DNA of 64,000 nucleotides from an uncultured Acidobacteriota bacterium (GTDB taxonomy: Bacteria; Acidobacteriota; Thermoanaerobaculia; UBA5066; Gp7-AA6): positions 331,223 to 395,222 of the forward strand of contig CAWGKP010000011.1 of NCBI GenBank assembly GCA_963823185.1, in the 5' to 3' direction. Both the position numbers and the translations under genes were made by a program. Below are positions 51,866 through 60,474 of this stretch, piece by piece; the stretch's first letter is position 1, and every line of letters starts with the position of its first letter. The notes beneath the pieces were generated by a model. The model saw only the letters and a list, made by a program, of their open reading frames with translations. It did not search any database and was not told the origin of the DNA.

Positions 51866-54800
51866 CTACAGCCCGAACGCCGCGCGGACGAACTTGGCCA
51901 TCTCGCCTCGCGTCACGGTGCCGTTCGGACAGAACGACGGCAGCGGAACGCCGGCCGCGCATCCCTGCGTGATGCCTTCCGTCTTCAGCTCCTCCATCCA
52001 CTTCGCGAGCGTCGTCGTCGTCTGGACGTCCGCAAACACCGTCCCCGTCGCCGCCGGCGGATTGAAGCTCGACCCGTGCTTGCCGAGCAGCAGGAACTTC
52101 GCCATCGCGTTGCGCGTCACGTTCTGAGTCGGGCAGTACGGCGGCGGGCTGCCTCCCCCACACCCCGTCGAGATCCCCTCGGCCGCGAACCGCTCCATCC
52201 ACTTCGCGAACGGCGTGCTCGTCGTCACGTCGGAGAACACGGTCCCCGTCGCGGCTGGCGGGTTGTAGGTCCCGCCATGCTCTCCGCGCAGGATGAACAC
52301 CGACATCTGGTCCCGCGTCACGAGCTGCTGCGCGCAGTAGTTGCCTCCCCCGCATCCCGACGTGATCCCCGCCCGCAGCACCTTCTCGATCGCCCCGTGG
52401 TAGATGTACGCCTGCGGCACGTCCAGGAAGTCCGCCAGCCATCCCTTCGTCAGCGTGCCGGACTTCGTGCTCGTGTTGGTCACGATGACGTCGTAGAGCG
52501 CTCCCGCCGGGAGCGCCGGAGCCTTGCACGTGATCGTCGTCGCTCCGACGAACACGACGTTGGTCGCCGCGACAGTGCCGAACTTCACGGTCGCTCCCGC
52601 TGCGAAGTTGGTCCCCGTGATCGTGACCGCCGTCCCACCCGTCGCCGGGCCCGACGTCGGGTTGATCGATGTCACCGTCGGCGTCGGCGGACCGGGCGCG
52701 CCTACTGTCAGCGTGATCGTGTAGCTGCCTGAGGATCCCGACGAAAGCCCGATCCAGCGGACGCCCGTCGTCGGTGCCGTCCAGCCAGCGGCCGTGAGGA
52801 TCGCGCCCGAAGCGGCGACGTCGGGGAGCTTTGTCGTCCCGTTGAAGACGGAGATCGTGGGACCGTACAGGGTGACGCCGCCGGCCGTGATCGTCACCTT
52901 GTAGATCATTCCGGACGTCGCGCTGAACTGAAACCAGTCGGAGTCCTCTCCGTCTTTGATCGCGCGATGCTGGGGCGCGTCCGGAAGAAGGCGGATCGGA
53001 CCCGCGTCGCTCTCGGGACGCGACAGCACGCCAGGCGTTCCGACGTCGTCCGGCTCGCCGGGATCGGCGGGAAGCTCCGCCATCGCGAAGTCCTTGCCGG
53101 TCGTGATCGCGCCATTCGTCACGGCGACGGCGTCGGCGGTCGCCAGCGTTGCCTTGCCGTCGAAGAACTGGTAGGCGAAGTTGTCCTTCGCCAGCGCGAT
53201 CAGGTTCACCGTGCCGGTATCGAGCCCGAGGATCGTGTACGTGCCCGAGCTGTCCGTCATCGCGCAGTTGTTCCCCACAGTCGTGCAGACCTTGATGCCC
53301 TGGACCGGCTTGCCGTCGAAGGTAACGTTGCCGGTGACTCCTCCCGCGAGCTTCGTGAGGCTGAAGTTCTTGACCTGGTCGGCGCCGGCCATCACGAGGG
53401 CGTCGCTCTGGCTGAGCGTGCGATAGCCGTTCGAGGTGACGATGACGCTGTATGTTCCGTCGAGCACGCCGTCGATATCGTACCCGCCGCAGGGATCGAG
53501 GCTGGCGAAGTAGAAATTCGTGCCGTAGAACTCCACGAAGCCCGAGGTCAGGCCGTTCATGCTCGCGGCGTCTGTGACCCGGCCGGTGACCTTGTGTCCC
53601 GTCGGACCGACCGAAGCGGCGGGCAGCGCCTGGTTCGAGGTCGTCGTCGCCCCGGCGGCTACGGAGATCCCGGGCGCCGCCCCGCACGTCGCGGCGCTCC
53701 CGTTCCATATGCTGCCGAGCCCGGAGTTGGCCGGCGGCGTGACCATGTACCTGTAGGTGCCGGCCGCCATGGCCGGCGACAGGAACTTTCCGTCCGAGCC
53801 CGTGAAGCCATAGCTGATCGAGCCGCTGGAGCAGTCGCTTCGGATCTGGACCGTCGCGAAAGCGACGGGACTCGAATCGGAGGCCTTCTTGATCGTCCCG
53901 CCGATCTTGCCGCCGAGCGTGAGCGGAATGTCCACTCCGAGCTTGATCTCCGCTTTCAGATCGAAGAAAGCCTTCGTGGGCGACGCGTCGTAGTAGTAGT
54001 TCGTGGTCGTGTTCGGAATGAACGGGCTCACCGTGTATCGATGGCCCGGCTGGATCCCGTCGATCTCGTAGCTGCCGTCGGCCGCGCTCGGTTGGGAGGT
54101 CCAGTTGTTCAGACCGAGCCGGAAAAGCCGAACAGGGTCGTTCGTCGTGACGCTGATGCCCGGAATCGGAGTCGTCGTACCCGCCACGACGACGTGACCT
54201 TTTACGGTGCCCGGGGTCTGGCCCGCGATCGTCCCAACGGTATTCGGGCCAGACAAAGCGGTTTGCCAGTCGCCCGCCGACACCGGAAACGTGCCGGTCG
54301 TGTTGCCGAGGGCGGTCACGAAGGGATGCGAGGGACTGCCCCAGCTCACGATCTGGCCCTGATATCCGGGATCGAGATCCCCTCCCGAAAACGTAAAGTT
54401 CCCCCCGGAGTCGGTCGTCGTGTACTGAGAGCCGCCGCCTCGCGTGTACAAATAGACCGAAACCCCGGACTCGAATCCTCCGCCGGGAATGCTGACCTTG
54501 CCGGCGATCGTCGGGACCGGCTTCAGCGAGAAGTTGATGTTCGTGAGGTTTGCCGTGAAGTTGACGACCGACGCGGCGCCGAGCGCATTCGCACCGGAGT
54601 AGTACTGCTCTGCGTACTTCGTCGGGAAGCCCCGATCGTCGGCGAGAAAGATCCACTTCCCCGCCGGCAGGTACGGAATGCTCCAGGTCGCGCTCGTGAA
54701 CGTCTGCTGGACGACCGTCGGCTCTCCGTGCTCGCCGAAGACCGAGACCGAGAGGACCGAAGGAAGCGCTGCGGTCGCCGAGAACGTCCCGCCCACCGAG

Positions 54801-55165
54801 TGCCCCGTCGGATACTGGAGATCGAGACCCGTCATTCCCGTCGGCCCGATCTCGATGCCGACCTGCAGGTCGGGGCGGATCGTACCGGGATACAGGATCG
54901 TTCCGTGGGTGCTGTCGGTCGCGCTCATGTTCCAGCAGCCGGGAGTGAGATCAATCGTGTAGGAGCCGTCCGCAATCGAGGCCGTGGTGACGGGAAGCTG
55001 ATAGAGCTGCTGGAACGAGATCGTCGCAACGAGCGGACTGCTGTCGGGCCCGCGAACGTGTCCGGTGACGGTCACCGCGCGAGCCCTCGCGGCGAAGAGT
55101 GAGAGCGCGAGCGAAAACGACAACGATCGCGCGGACAGAGAACGACCACGGAGAACAGACGCCAT
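51866..55165 (-). CDS. Large secreted multi-domain protein (CarboxypepD_reg-like beta-sandwich repeats, PPC-like domain, IPT/TIG, three C-terminal Cys-containing SLH-like modules)
   Basis: The signal peptide is MASVLRGRSLSARSLSFSLALSLFAARARA (ATG 55165; the track uses TTG 55183). The domains in order are:
- Repeated G-V/T-V-x-D..G-x-Y beta-sandwich units.
- A DSDWFQF PPC-like motif.
- IPT/TIG: VTSINPTSGPATGGTAVTITGTNF.
- Three SLH-like modules. Confidence 0.7.
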   Translation of the reverse strand: MASVLRGRSLSARSLSFSLALSLFAARARAVTVTGHVRGPDSSPLVATISFQQLYQLPVTTASIADGSYTIDLTPGCWNMSATDSTHGTILYPGTIRPDLQVGIEIGPTGMTGLDLQYPTGHSVGGTFSATAALPSVLSVSVFGEHGEPTVVQQTFTSATWSIPYLPAGKWIFLADDRGFPTKYAEQYYSGANALGAASVVNFTANLTNINFSLKPVPTIAGKVSIPGGGFESGVSVYLYTRGGGSQYTTTDSGGNFTFSGGDLDPGYQGQIVSWGSPSHPFVTALGNTTGTFPVSAGDWQTALSGPNTVGTIAGQTPGTVKGHVVVAGTTTPIPGISVTTNDPVRLFRLGLNNWTSQPSAADGSYEIDGIQPGHRYTVSPFIPNTTTNYYYDASPTKAFFDLKAEIKLGVDIPLTLGGKIGGTIKKASDSSPVAFATVQIRSDCSSGSISYGFTGSDGKFLSPAMAAGTYRYMVTPPANSGLGSIWNGSAATCGAAPGISVAAGATTTSNQALPAASVGPTGHKVTGRVTDAASMNGLTSGFVEFYGTNFYFASLDPCGGYDIDGVLDGTYSVIVTSNGYRTLSQSDALVMAGADQVKNFSLTKLAGGVTGNVTFDGKPVQGIKVCTTVGNNCAMTDSSGTYTILGLDTGTVNLIALAKDNFAYQFFDGKATLATADAVAVTNGAITTGKDFAMAELPADPGEPDDVGTPGVLSRPESDAGPIRLLPDAPQHRAIKDGEDSDWFQFSATSGMIYKVTITAGGVTLYGPTISVFNGTTKLPDVAASGAILTAAGWTAPTTGVRWIGLSSGSSGSYTITLTVGAPGPPTPTVTSINPTSGPATGGTAVTITGTNFAAGATVKFGTVAATNVVFVGATTITCKAPALPAGALYDVIVTNTSTKSGTLTKGWLADFLDVPQAYIYHGAIEKVLRAGITSGCGGGNYCAQQLVTRDQMSVFILRGEHGGTYNPPAATGTVFSDVTTSTPFAKWMERFAAEGISTGCGGGSPPPYCPTQNVTRNAMAKFLLLGKHGSSFNPPAATGTVFADVQTTTTLAKWMEELKTEGITQGCAAGVPLPSFCPNGTVTRGEMAKFVRAAFGL

Positions 55166-55440
55166 TCGTCCGGAACATCGCAACCTCCATCGTCGGGTTC
55201 GCCCGAAGCCCGTCGGATGCCGCGAAGCCTACTGCCGCGAAGGTGCAAAAGAAGAATGGCCCGAAGGTGCCATGCGACGAATGCGATCAATCATTGAACA
55301 GCTCGCCGGAAAATCTTTCAATCTGTCGACGAATTCGCGCGCGAAAGTAAACGGACGCTGAACGCGAAGACGAGTTTTTCGGAGGCGCGATCCATCGCGA
55401 AGAAACGAAGAAACGCGAGAGAGGCGGGCGCGAGAGGGGC

Positions 55441-56277
55441 TTAGCCCGACCAGCGCGCCCGCTTGCCGCGGGCGTCGATGTGGACGAAGGGGCCGTGCGC
55501 GCCGTTGCCGGGATAGACGCCGATGCCGCCGGCGAGCTCGGGATGCCGCGACTCAACGGCGTCGGCGGCGGCGCCGAGGAACGCCGCGTCGCGAAGGTCG
55601 ATCCGACCATCGCCGTTGAGGTCTTCCATCCGTCCGAGGCCGGCCATGTCGGGGAAGACGTCCGCCGCGTCGCCGTACATGTGGCGCGAGACGGCCGACC
55701 GGCCCCCGGGGCTGCCGCCCGACTCGTTGTACTCCGGCGTCCGGAATCCGCTCATCACGACGAGGCCGTTCACCGGGTGACCCCGTCGCGCGAGCTCGTC
55801 GATCGTCAGCTCGAGCTTGTCCACGAGGCGCCGGTCGAGCGCCACGTACTTGGGCCACACCTCGTCCTGTCCCTTGGTGATGAACTGGCCCAGCGTGAAG
55901 TGCTCGGAGACATGCGTCCCGAAGTTCTCGGGCGTGACCTCGATGAAGCCGGACGGGCTCTCGTAGGCCGGATCACGCGGCGCGCGCCGCTCGTACGGCC
56001 ACTCCCCCATCCGATAGGGCCCGATACGCCCGTTGATCTTCGCCGAGAAGGGCGTGAGCACGATGAGGGAGAGCGCCTGCCGGGCGTCGCTCAGGATCTT
56101 GTAGACGCCGGGCCGTCCCGGGATGCCCGCCTGCTGTCCGGGCAGCGCGAAGACCGCCCGCAGCTTCCCCGAGAAGCCCGAGAGGAGCGCCGGCATGCCC
56201 GTCGAGCGGCCGAAGGCGCTGCCCAGGCCGGACAGGAGCAGGATCGCGAAGAACGCGGCGGCGCGGCGGGGCCTCAT
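55441..56277 (-). CDS. Peptidase M15A family (YcbK/MepK-like, DUF882) with inserted EF-hand/dockerin-like calcium loop
   Basis: It has a signal peptide. The metal-ligand contexts are SRHMYGDAADV and FVHIDAR. The loop DLNGDGRIDLRD lies between them. Confidence 0.7.
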   Translation of the reverse strand: MRPRRAAAFFAILLLSGLGSAFGRSTGMPALLSGFSGKLRAVFALPGQQAGIPGRPGVYKILSDARQALSLIVLTPFSAKINGRIGPYRMGEWPYERRAPRDPAYESPSGFIEVTPENFGTHVSEHFTLGQFITKGQDEVWPKYVALDRRLVDKLELTIDELARRGHPVNGLVVMSGFRTPEYNESGGSPGGRSAVSRHMYGDAADVFPDMAGLGRMEDLNGDGRIDLRDAAFLGAAADAVESRHPELAGGIGVYPGNGAHGPFVHIDARGKRARWSG

Positions 56278-56289
56278 GAGACGGCTGAA

Positions 56290-56318
56290 ACCTTAGACGA
56301 TCCGAGGGTTCGGGTCAA
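56290..56318 (-). promoter_or_regulatory. Candidate sigma-70-type promoter for the M15A peptidase gene (TTGACC - 17 nt - TAAGGT)
   Basis: On the minus strand, the -35 is at 56318..56313 and the -10 at 56295..56290, 12 nt upstream of ATG 56277. This is a pattern match only. Confidence 0.35.
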
Positions 56319-56347
56319 CGCGGGCGAGCCCGGAATGTCGCTAAGTG

Positions 56348-57289
56348 TTAGTAGATGATGACTTCGTCGCCCACCTGTACCAGCCCGTACAGCTTCTCGA
56401 GGTCCCGGTCCCCGACGCGCACGCAGCCGTGCGAGACGCTGCGGCCGAGCTGGCCCGTGGCCTGCGTCCCGTGGATGGCGTAGCCGTCGCCCAGGTTCAG
56501 GCGATACCTGCCGAGGGTCTTCTCGAGACGCCGCTGCCGCGTGCCGAGCGGCGGCACGACGATGGCCTTGCCGGCTCGCAGGAATTCTTTCGGCGCGACC
56601 TCCTGCTCGGAGCCGTCCGGCCGCACCTCCACGATCGCGTCCTTGCGCACCTCGAGCACGCGCCGCGGCGCGCGGCCGCCTCCGAGGAGGGACCAGACGC
56701 CGCCGGCGCTTCGCGTCACCGCGGCGCCGGTGTCGGCGTCGATGACGTCGCCCGGTTTCGCGCGCACGAGGTCGAGCTTCTTCTTGCGCGCCTCCTCGAC
56801 GTAGTGCCAGTCGGGCGGCACCCAGACCGGGTTCTCTTCCTTCGAGAGGATCTTGAAGCGCCCGGTCGGCGTGTCGAAGACCATCTTGCGGCCCTCGATC
56901 TCGAGCGTCGTCCCCTTCCCCGTCGAGACGACGGCGGAGAAGACGCTCTGCCGCCCGCGCCGGAGCCAGAGCCGGTTTTCGGCCGTCGAGACGAGGATCG
57001 TCTGCGCGCTCTCCGATGGCGCGTCGAGATCCACGGCGACCTCGGCGACCTGCGCCCTCAGGCCGCCGACGCGACCCGCGCGCTCCGAGGCTTCGCTGCG
57101 AAGACTCCGCACCGCTCCCGTGAGGCGCGAACCGAGAAGCCCGTCGATCTTCTCGAGGCGCACGATGCGCGTCGCGTCGCGCAGGTTTGCGAGCTCTCCC
57201 GCGGCGGCGAACGCCGCGAGGCCCGCCGCCACGACCGCGAGCGCCCAGCTCCCGAGAAACCCCAGCCGATATCGCCAGAGCTCGCGCAT
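56348..57289 (-). CDS. L,D-transpeptidase (YkuD domain) with N-terminal TM anchor and coiled-coil
   Basis: The catalytic motif is YAIHGTQATGQLGRSVSHGCVRV. A TM segment (LGFLGSWALAVVAAGLAAFAAA) is present. The ATG overlaps the upstream stop (ATGA). Confidence 0.8.
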   Translation of the reverse strand: MRELWRYRLGFLGSWALAVVAAGLAAFAAAGELANLRDATRIVRLEKIDGLLGSRLTGAVRSLRSEASERAGRVGGLRAQVAEVAVDLDAPSESAQTILVSTAENRLWLRRGRQSVFSAVVSTGKGTTLEIEGRKMVFDTPTGRFKILSKEENPVWVPPDWHYVEEARKKKLDLVRAKPGDVIDADTGAAVTRSAGGVWSLLGGGRAPRRVLEVRKDAIVEVRPDGSEQEVAPKEFLRAGKAIVVPPLGTRQRRLEKTLGRYRLNLGDGYAIHGTQATGQLGRSVSHGCVRVGDRDLEKLYGLVQVGDEVIIY

Positions 57290-58083
57290 CAGAAGACGTA
57301 CACGCGCGTGTCTTTGCCGACGCGCTTCCAGATCGCCGCCAGATCCGCCTCCGGCGCCTCGAAGGAACCGGGCCGCGGACCCTGCAGCGGGCTTTCCGGA
57401 GGCGGCGGCGAGTGCAGGACGACGTCCTCGGCGAGCACGATCACATAGCGGCCGAGCCCGCCCGGGATCTCGAGCAGCGGCGACGGCACCGGTCGCCGCG
57501 CGGCCGTCCAGACGGAGGCCGGCGGCTTCCACGACGGACGCTCGAGCTTCTGCCGCACGGTGAAGGCGCCCGAAAGCGGCGGCTCGCTCACGTTTTCGCC
57601 CGACGCCGTGCGGATCGTCCGCGGCGGTCCGACCGCGAGCGGCGCCTCGCGCACGATCCGGTCGCCGACGCGCAGACTCATCTGTTTCGTCTTCGTGTCG
57701 AGCACGAGATAGAAGTCCGAGCTCTCTTCCTCCTCCGCCGCGGCGAGGCGCGTGTCGAGCTCGCGGGAGAGCGCCTTCTCGTCGAGATCGAGCGACGCGA
57801 GGTCGCGCCGGATGCGCTGGATCTCGAACGGCGCCGACTGCCCGCGCAGCACGAGCGCGCCGAATCGGGCGTCGAGGCGCTTACGATGGACGATCGCGGC
57901 GGCGGCGAGGACCACCGCGAAGAGCAGAAGGCCGAGGCTCGCCTCGAGCGGCGGACGCCAGAGCCTCGCCGGCCGCTTGATGACCTGAGACCTCCGCCAG
58001 AACGCCGTTCGGAGCCGGAAGATCCCCGAGGCGCGCGGCGCGATGGTGCGCTTCCAGATCGGTTTCGAATCCTTCTCGCTCAT
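57289..58083 (-). CDS. Membrane-anchored L,D-transpeptidase-like paralog lacking the catalytic His/Cys motif
   Basis: It has the same architecture as 56348..57289 (TM, coiled-coil, beta domain: DFYLVLDTKTKQMSLRVG...GRYVIVLAEDVVLHSPPPP). No SHGC motif is present. Confidence 0.5.
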   Translation of the reverse strand: MSEKDSKPIWKRTIAPRASGIFRLRTAFWRRSQVIKRPARLWRPPLEASLGLLLFAVVLAAAAIVHRKRLDARFGALVLRGQSAPFEIQRIRRDLASLDLDEKALSRELDTRLAAAEEEESSDFYLVLDTKTKQMSLRVGDRIVREAPLAVGPPRTIRTASGENVSEPPLSGAFTVRQKLERPSWKPPASVWTAARRPVPSPLLEIPGGLGRYVIVLAEDVVLHSPPPPESPLQGPRPGSFEAPEADLAAIWKRVGKDTRVYVF

Positions 58084-58096
58084 GCGGGAAGGGACT

Positions 58097-59221
58097 TCAA
58101 AGGCGAGGTCCGACGAGCGCGGCGAGCACGAGCGCGAGACCCGCGACGAGCGCCGCCGACAGCGCGCCGACGGCGAACGGCTTGCCGCCGAGCTGCCGCA
58201 GCGCCCGCAGATTCGTCGAAAGTCCGACGCCAGCCATCGCCGTGCCGAGCGCCGCCGAGCCCCAGGTCTCGCCGACGGTCTTCGCGACCCCCTTCCATCC
58301 CGCGGCGTCCCAGATCCCCCAGGCGCGGCCGCCGGAGAGGAGGGACGCGTCGCCGATCGAGCGCACGATCGCCATCGCGAGAAACCCGAGGACGAAGAGC
58401 GGGAAGAGCTTGCGGAAGTCCACGCGCCCCGCGGCGCGTCCCGTGCGGCGCGCGTGGAGGAACGCGAGGCCCGGCACGATCGCCACGAGAAAGACGTTGC
58501 GCGTCAGTTTCGTGACCGTGGCGACGTCGAGGACGCGCTCGTCCCGGAAGATCTCCTTGTACGAGAGCGCCGCGCCGACGACCTGCGATGTGTCGTGAAT
58601 GCCCGTCCCGAGGAAGAGGCCGGCGGCCGCGGGGTGCGCGCCGAAGAGCGCGTGGGCGAGATACGGGTACGTCAGCATCGCCACGAGACCGAAGAGGGTC
58701 ACGTTGGCGACCGTGTACGCGACCTCGCTCTCCTCGGCCTCGATGACCGGACCAACGGAGAGCGCCGCAGTCACGCCACAGATCGCGGTCGAGGCGGCTG
58801 CCAGCGTGCCGAGGTTGTCGGAGACGCCGATCGCGCGCGAGAAGACGTGCGTCACGACGAGCGCCGCGACGATGATCACGGCCACGACCGGCACTCCCCA
58901 GGCGCCGAGCTTGAGGACGTCGTAGAAGGACAGCCGGATCCCGACGAAGATGATGCCGAGCCGCAGCATCCGCTTGACGGCGAACTGGAGCCCCGGCTTC
59001 AGGACCGGCGCGGCGCCCACGGTGTTCGCCGCGAGAAGTCCCAGGAGGATCGCCATCGAGATGCCGGAGATCGGGCTCGCGCCCCCGGCCGAATCGAGGC
59101 CCTGGAGGCGGAGGATTCCGGCGCCGAGCCACTTCGCCACTTCGCCGGCCAGGAGCATCACGGCGACCGCGACCAAGAGCCCGGGCAGAATTCGAGCGGC
59201 GGCTTCGAGACCCTTGCGCAC
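58097..59221 (-). CDS. yeiH: YeiH/UPF0324-family polytopic membrane protein (putative sulfate exporter family)
   Basis: A 374-aa, about 10-TM protein. It has the family-typical TAICGVTAA and GTGIHDTSQVVGA motifs. Confidence 0.7.
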   Translation of the reverse strand: MRKGLEAAARILPGLLVAVAVMLLAGEVAKWLGAGILRLQGLDSAGGASPISGISMAILLGLLAANTVGAAPVLKPGLQFAVKRMLRLGIIFVGIRLSFYDVLKLGAWGVPVVAVIIVAALVVTHVFSRAIGVSDNLGTLAAASTAICGVTAALSVGPVIEAEESEVAYTVANVTLFGLVAMLTYPYLAHALFGAHPAAAGLFLGTGIHDTSQVVGAALSYKEIFRDERVLDVATVTKLTRNVFLVAIVPGLAFLHARRTGRAAGRVDFRKLFPLFVLGFLAMAIVRSIGDASLLSGGRAWGIWDAAGWKGVAKTVGETWGSAALGTAMAGVGLSTNLRALRQLGGKPFAVGALSAALVAGLALVLAALVGPRL

Positions 59222-59246
59222 GCGCGCGCAGCTTATCGCGCCGGCG

Positions 59247-59513
59247 TCAGCGGCCGGAGCGCGCGCTTTTCCAGTCGCGATGCCGCCCGGGAAGGCATCT
59301 CGCGCACGGCCGGTAGCCGGCGGCGATCGCCGCGGCCTCGTCGCGAAAGAAGACGCGGCGCTGCGCGTATCCGCGCGAGAGCGCCCGAGCGGCCGACGGG
59401 CAGTCGAGGCGCCCGTAGATCCGGAGACGTCGGTTGCCGCCGAGGGTCCCCGGCACGCCGCTCTCGAAGAAGGTCCCGTCCGCGGCGAGAAGGCGGAAGC
59501 TCATCCTCTGCAT
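59247..59513 (-). CDS. Small Ada-type metal-binding-domain-like protein
   Basis: The sequence includes YGRLDCPSAARAL...RVFFRDEAAAIAAGYRPCARCLP. The start is ATG 59513. The longer track ORF would run antisense through tRNA-Gly. Confidence 0.5.
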   Translation of the reverse strand: MQRMSFRLLAADGTFFESGVPGTLGGNRRLRIYGRLDCPSAARALSRGYAQRRVFFRDEAAAIAAGYRPCARCLPGRHRDWKSARSGR

Positions 59514-59522
59514 TTTCACGCG

Positions 59523-59551
59523 TTGCCGCGTTCCCGGCGTTTCGCTATATT
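59523..59551 (+). promoter_or_regulatory. Candidate sigma-70-type promoter for tRNA-Gly (TTGCCG - 17 nt - TATATT)
   Basis: The -35 is at 59523..59528 and the -10 at 59546..59551. The mature tRNA 5' end lies 13 nt downstream. Confidence 0.45.
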
Positions 59552-59563
59552 CGAGCGGCCCGG

Positions 59564-59638
59564 GCGGGCATAGTTCAGCGGTAGAACGCCAGCTTCCCAA
59601 GCTGGATGTCGCCGGTTCGATCCCGGTTGCCCGCTCCA
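59564..59638 (+). tRNA. tRNA-Gly (anticodon CCC), CCA encoded
   Basis: Acceptor GCGGGCA/TGCCCGC, D arm GTTC-AGCGGTA-GAAC, anticodon arm CCAGC-TTCCCAA-GCTGG, T arm GCCGG-TTCGATC-CCGGT, discriminator T, then CCA. Confidence 0.92.
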
Positions 59639-59650
59639 AGAATCACTCCT

Positions 59651-59905
59651 TCAGGCCGACAGCCCCGCCGCGCGCCGAAGGCGAAGCCGCGAAGCCAGCC
59701 GCGGCAGCCGCACCTTCGCGTACAGCCGATCGTTGACGAAGAGGACCGGGATCTCCTCGCCGTACCGGCTCGCGAGCGCGGCGTCTTCATCAACGTTCAC
59801 GATCTCCCAATCGAGGCTCTCCCCTTCCAGGATCTGGTCGACCTCGGCTCGCATCCGGTCGCAGAGATGGCAGCCGGGTCGCGAAAGCAGTCGCAGCCGG
59901 ATCAC
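59651..59905 (-). CDS. Glutaredoxin-like small thiol-disulfide protein (DUF836-type, CxxC)
   Basis: The translation is VIRLRLLSRPGCHLCDRMRAEVD...IPVLFVNDRL. The GTG start overlaps the pgsA stop (GTGA). Confidence 0.65.
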   Translation of the reverse strand: MIRLRLLSRPGCHLCDRMRAEVDQILEGESLDWEIVNVDEDAALASRYGEEIPVLFVNDRLYAKVRLPRLASRLRLRRAAGLSA

Positions 59906-60474
59906 GCCGCGGGCTTCGGTTCGGCGGCCGAGCTCGACGCCGCCTGATAGACGTAGTCGAAGCCCGAGAAGATCGTCGTCGTCGCGGCTGCACCGAACGC
60001 CACGAGGACGAGCGCGCGCGGCCACGGCCAGATGTTCGCGCACAGGACGAAGAGCACGGTGATGATCTGGACGACCGTAGTCACCTTGCCGACCCAGCTC
60101 GGCGGAAAACGCTTGCGACCCGTCGCGAGGATCATCACGAGCGCCACGAGGAGCAGGAGGAAGTCGCGCGAGATCACGAGCACGGCGAGCCAGACCGGGA
60201 CCTTGACGGTGGCCGGATAGGAAGGGATCGCGAGGAAGAGATACGAGCTCATGAGCATCAGCTTGTCGGCGATCGGATCGAGGAAGGCGCCGATCGCGGA
60301 CCGCATGTCGAAGCGGCGCGCGAGGAATCCGTCCACGCCGTCCGAGAGTCCGGCGGCGACGAAGATCCCGAGCGCGATGTCGAAGCGCCCGTTCGAGATG
60401 GCCACGAGAAAGAACGGCAGCGCCGCCAGGCGGAGCAGCGTGATGAAGTTCGGAAGCGTCCAGGGCCCCTTCAT
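59902..60474 (-). CDS. pgsA: CDP-alcohol phosphatidyltransferase (PgsA-like)
   Basis: The motif is DGVDGFLARRFDMRSAIGAFLDPIADK (DGx2ARx8Gx3Dx3D). The ATG overlaps the upstream stop (ATGA). Confidence 0.8.
   Translation of the reverse strand: MKGPWTLPNFITLLRLAALPFFLVAISNGRFDIALGIFVAAGLSDGVDGFLARRFDMRSAIGAFLDPIADKLMLMSSYLFLAIPSYPATVKVPVWLAVLVISRDFLLLLVALVMILATGRKRFPPSWVGKVTTVVQIITVLFVLCANIWPWPRALVLVAFGAAATTTIFSGFDYVYQAASSSAAEPKPAA

Noticed and set aside
59247-59639. A 130-aa ORF extending the Ada-like gene upstream through the tRNA-Gly locus.
   Set aside because: The extension is antisense to a well-folded tRNA-Gly(CCC) and its promoter. The conserved domain starts at ATG 59513.
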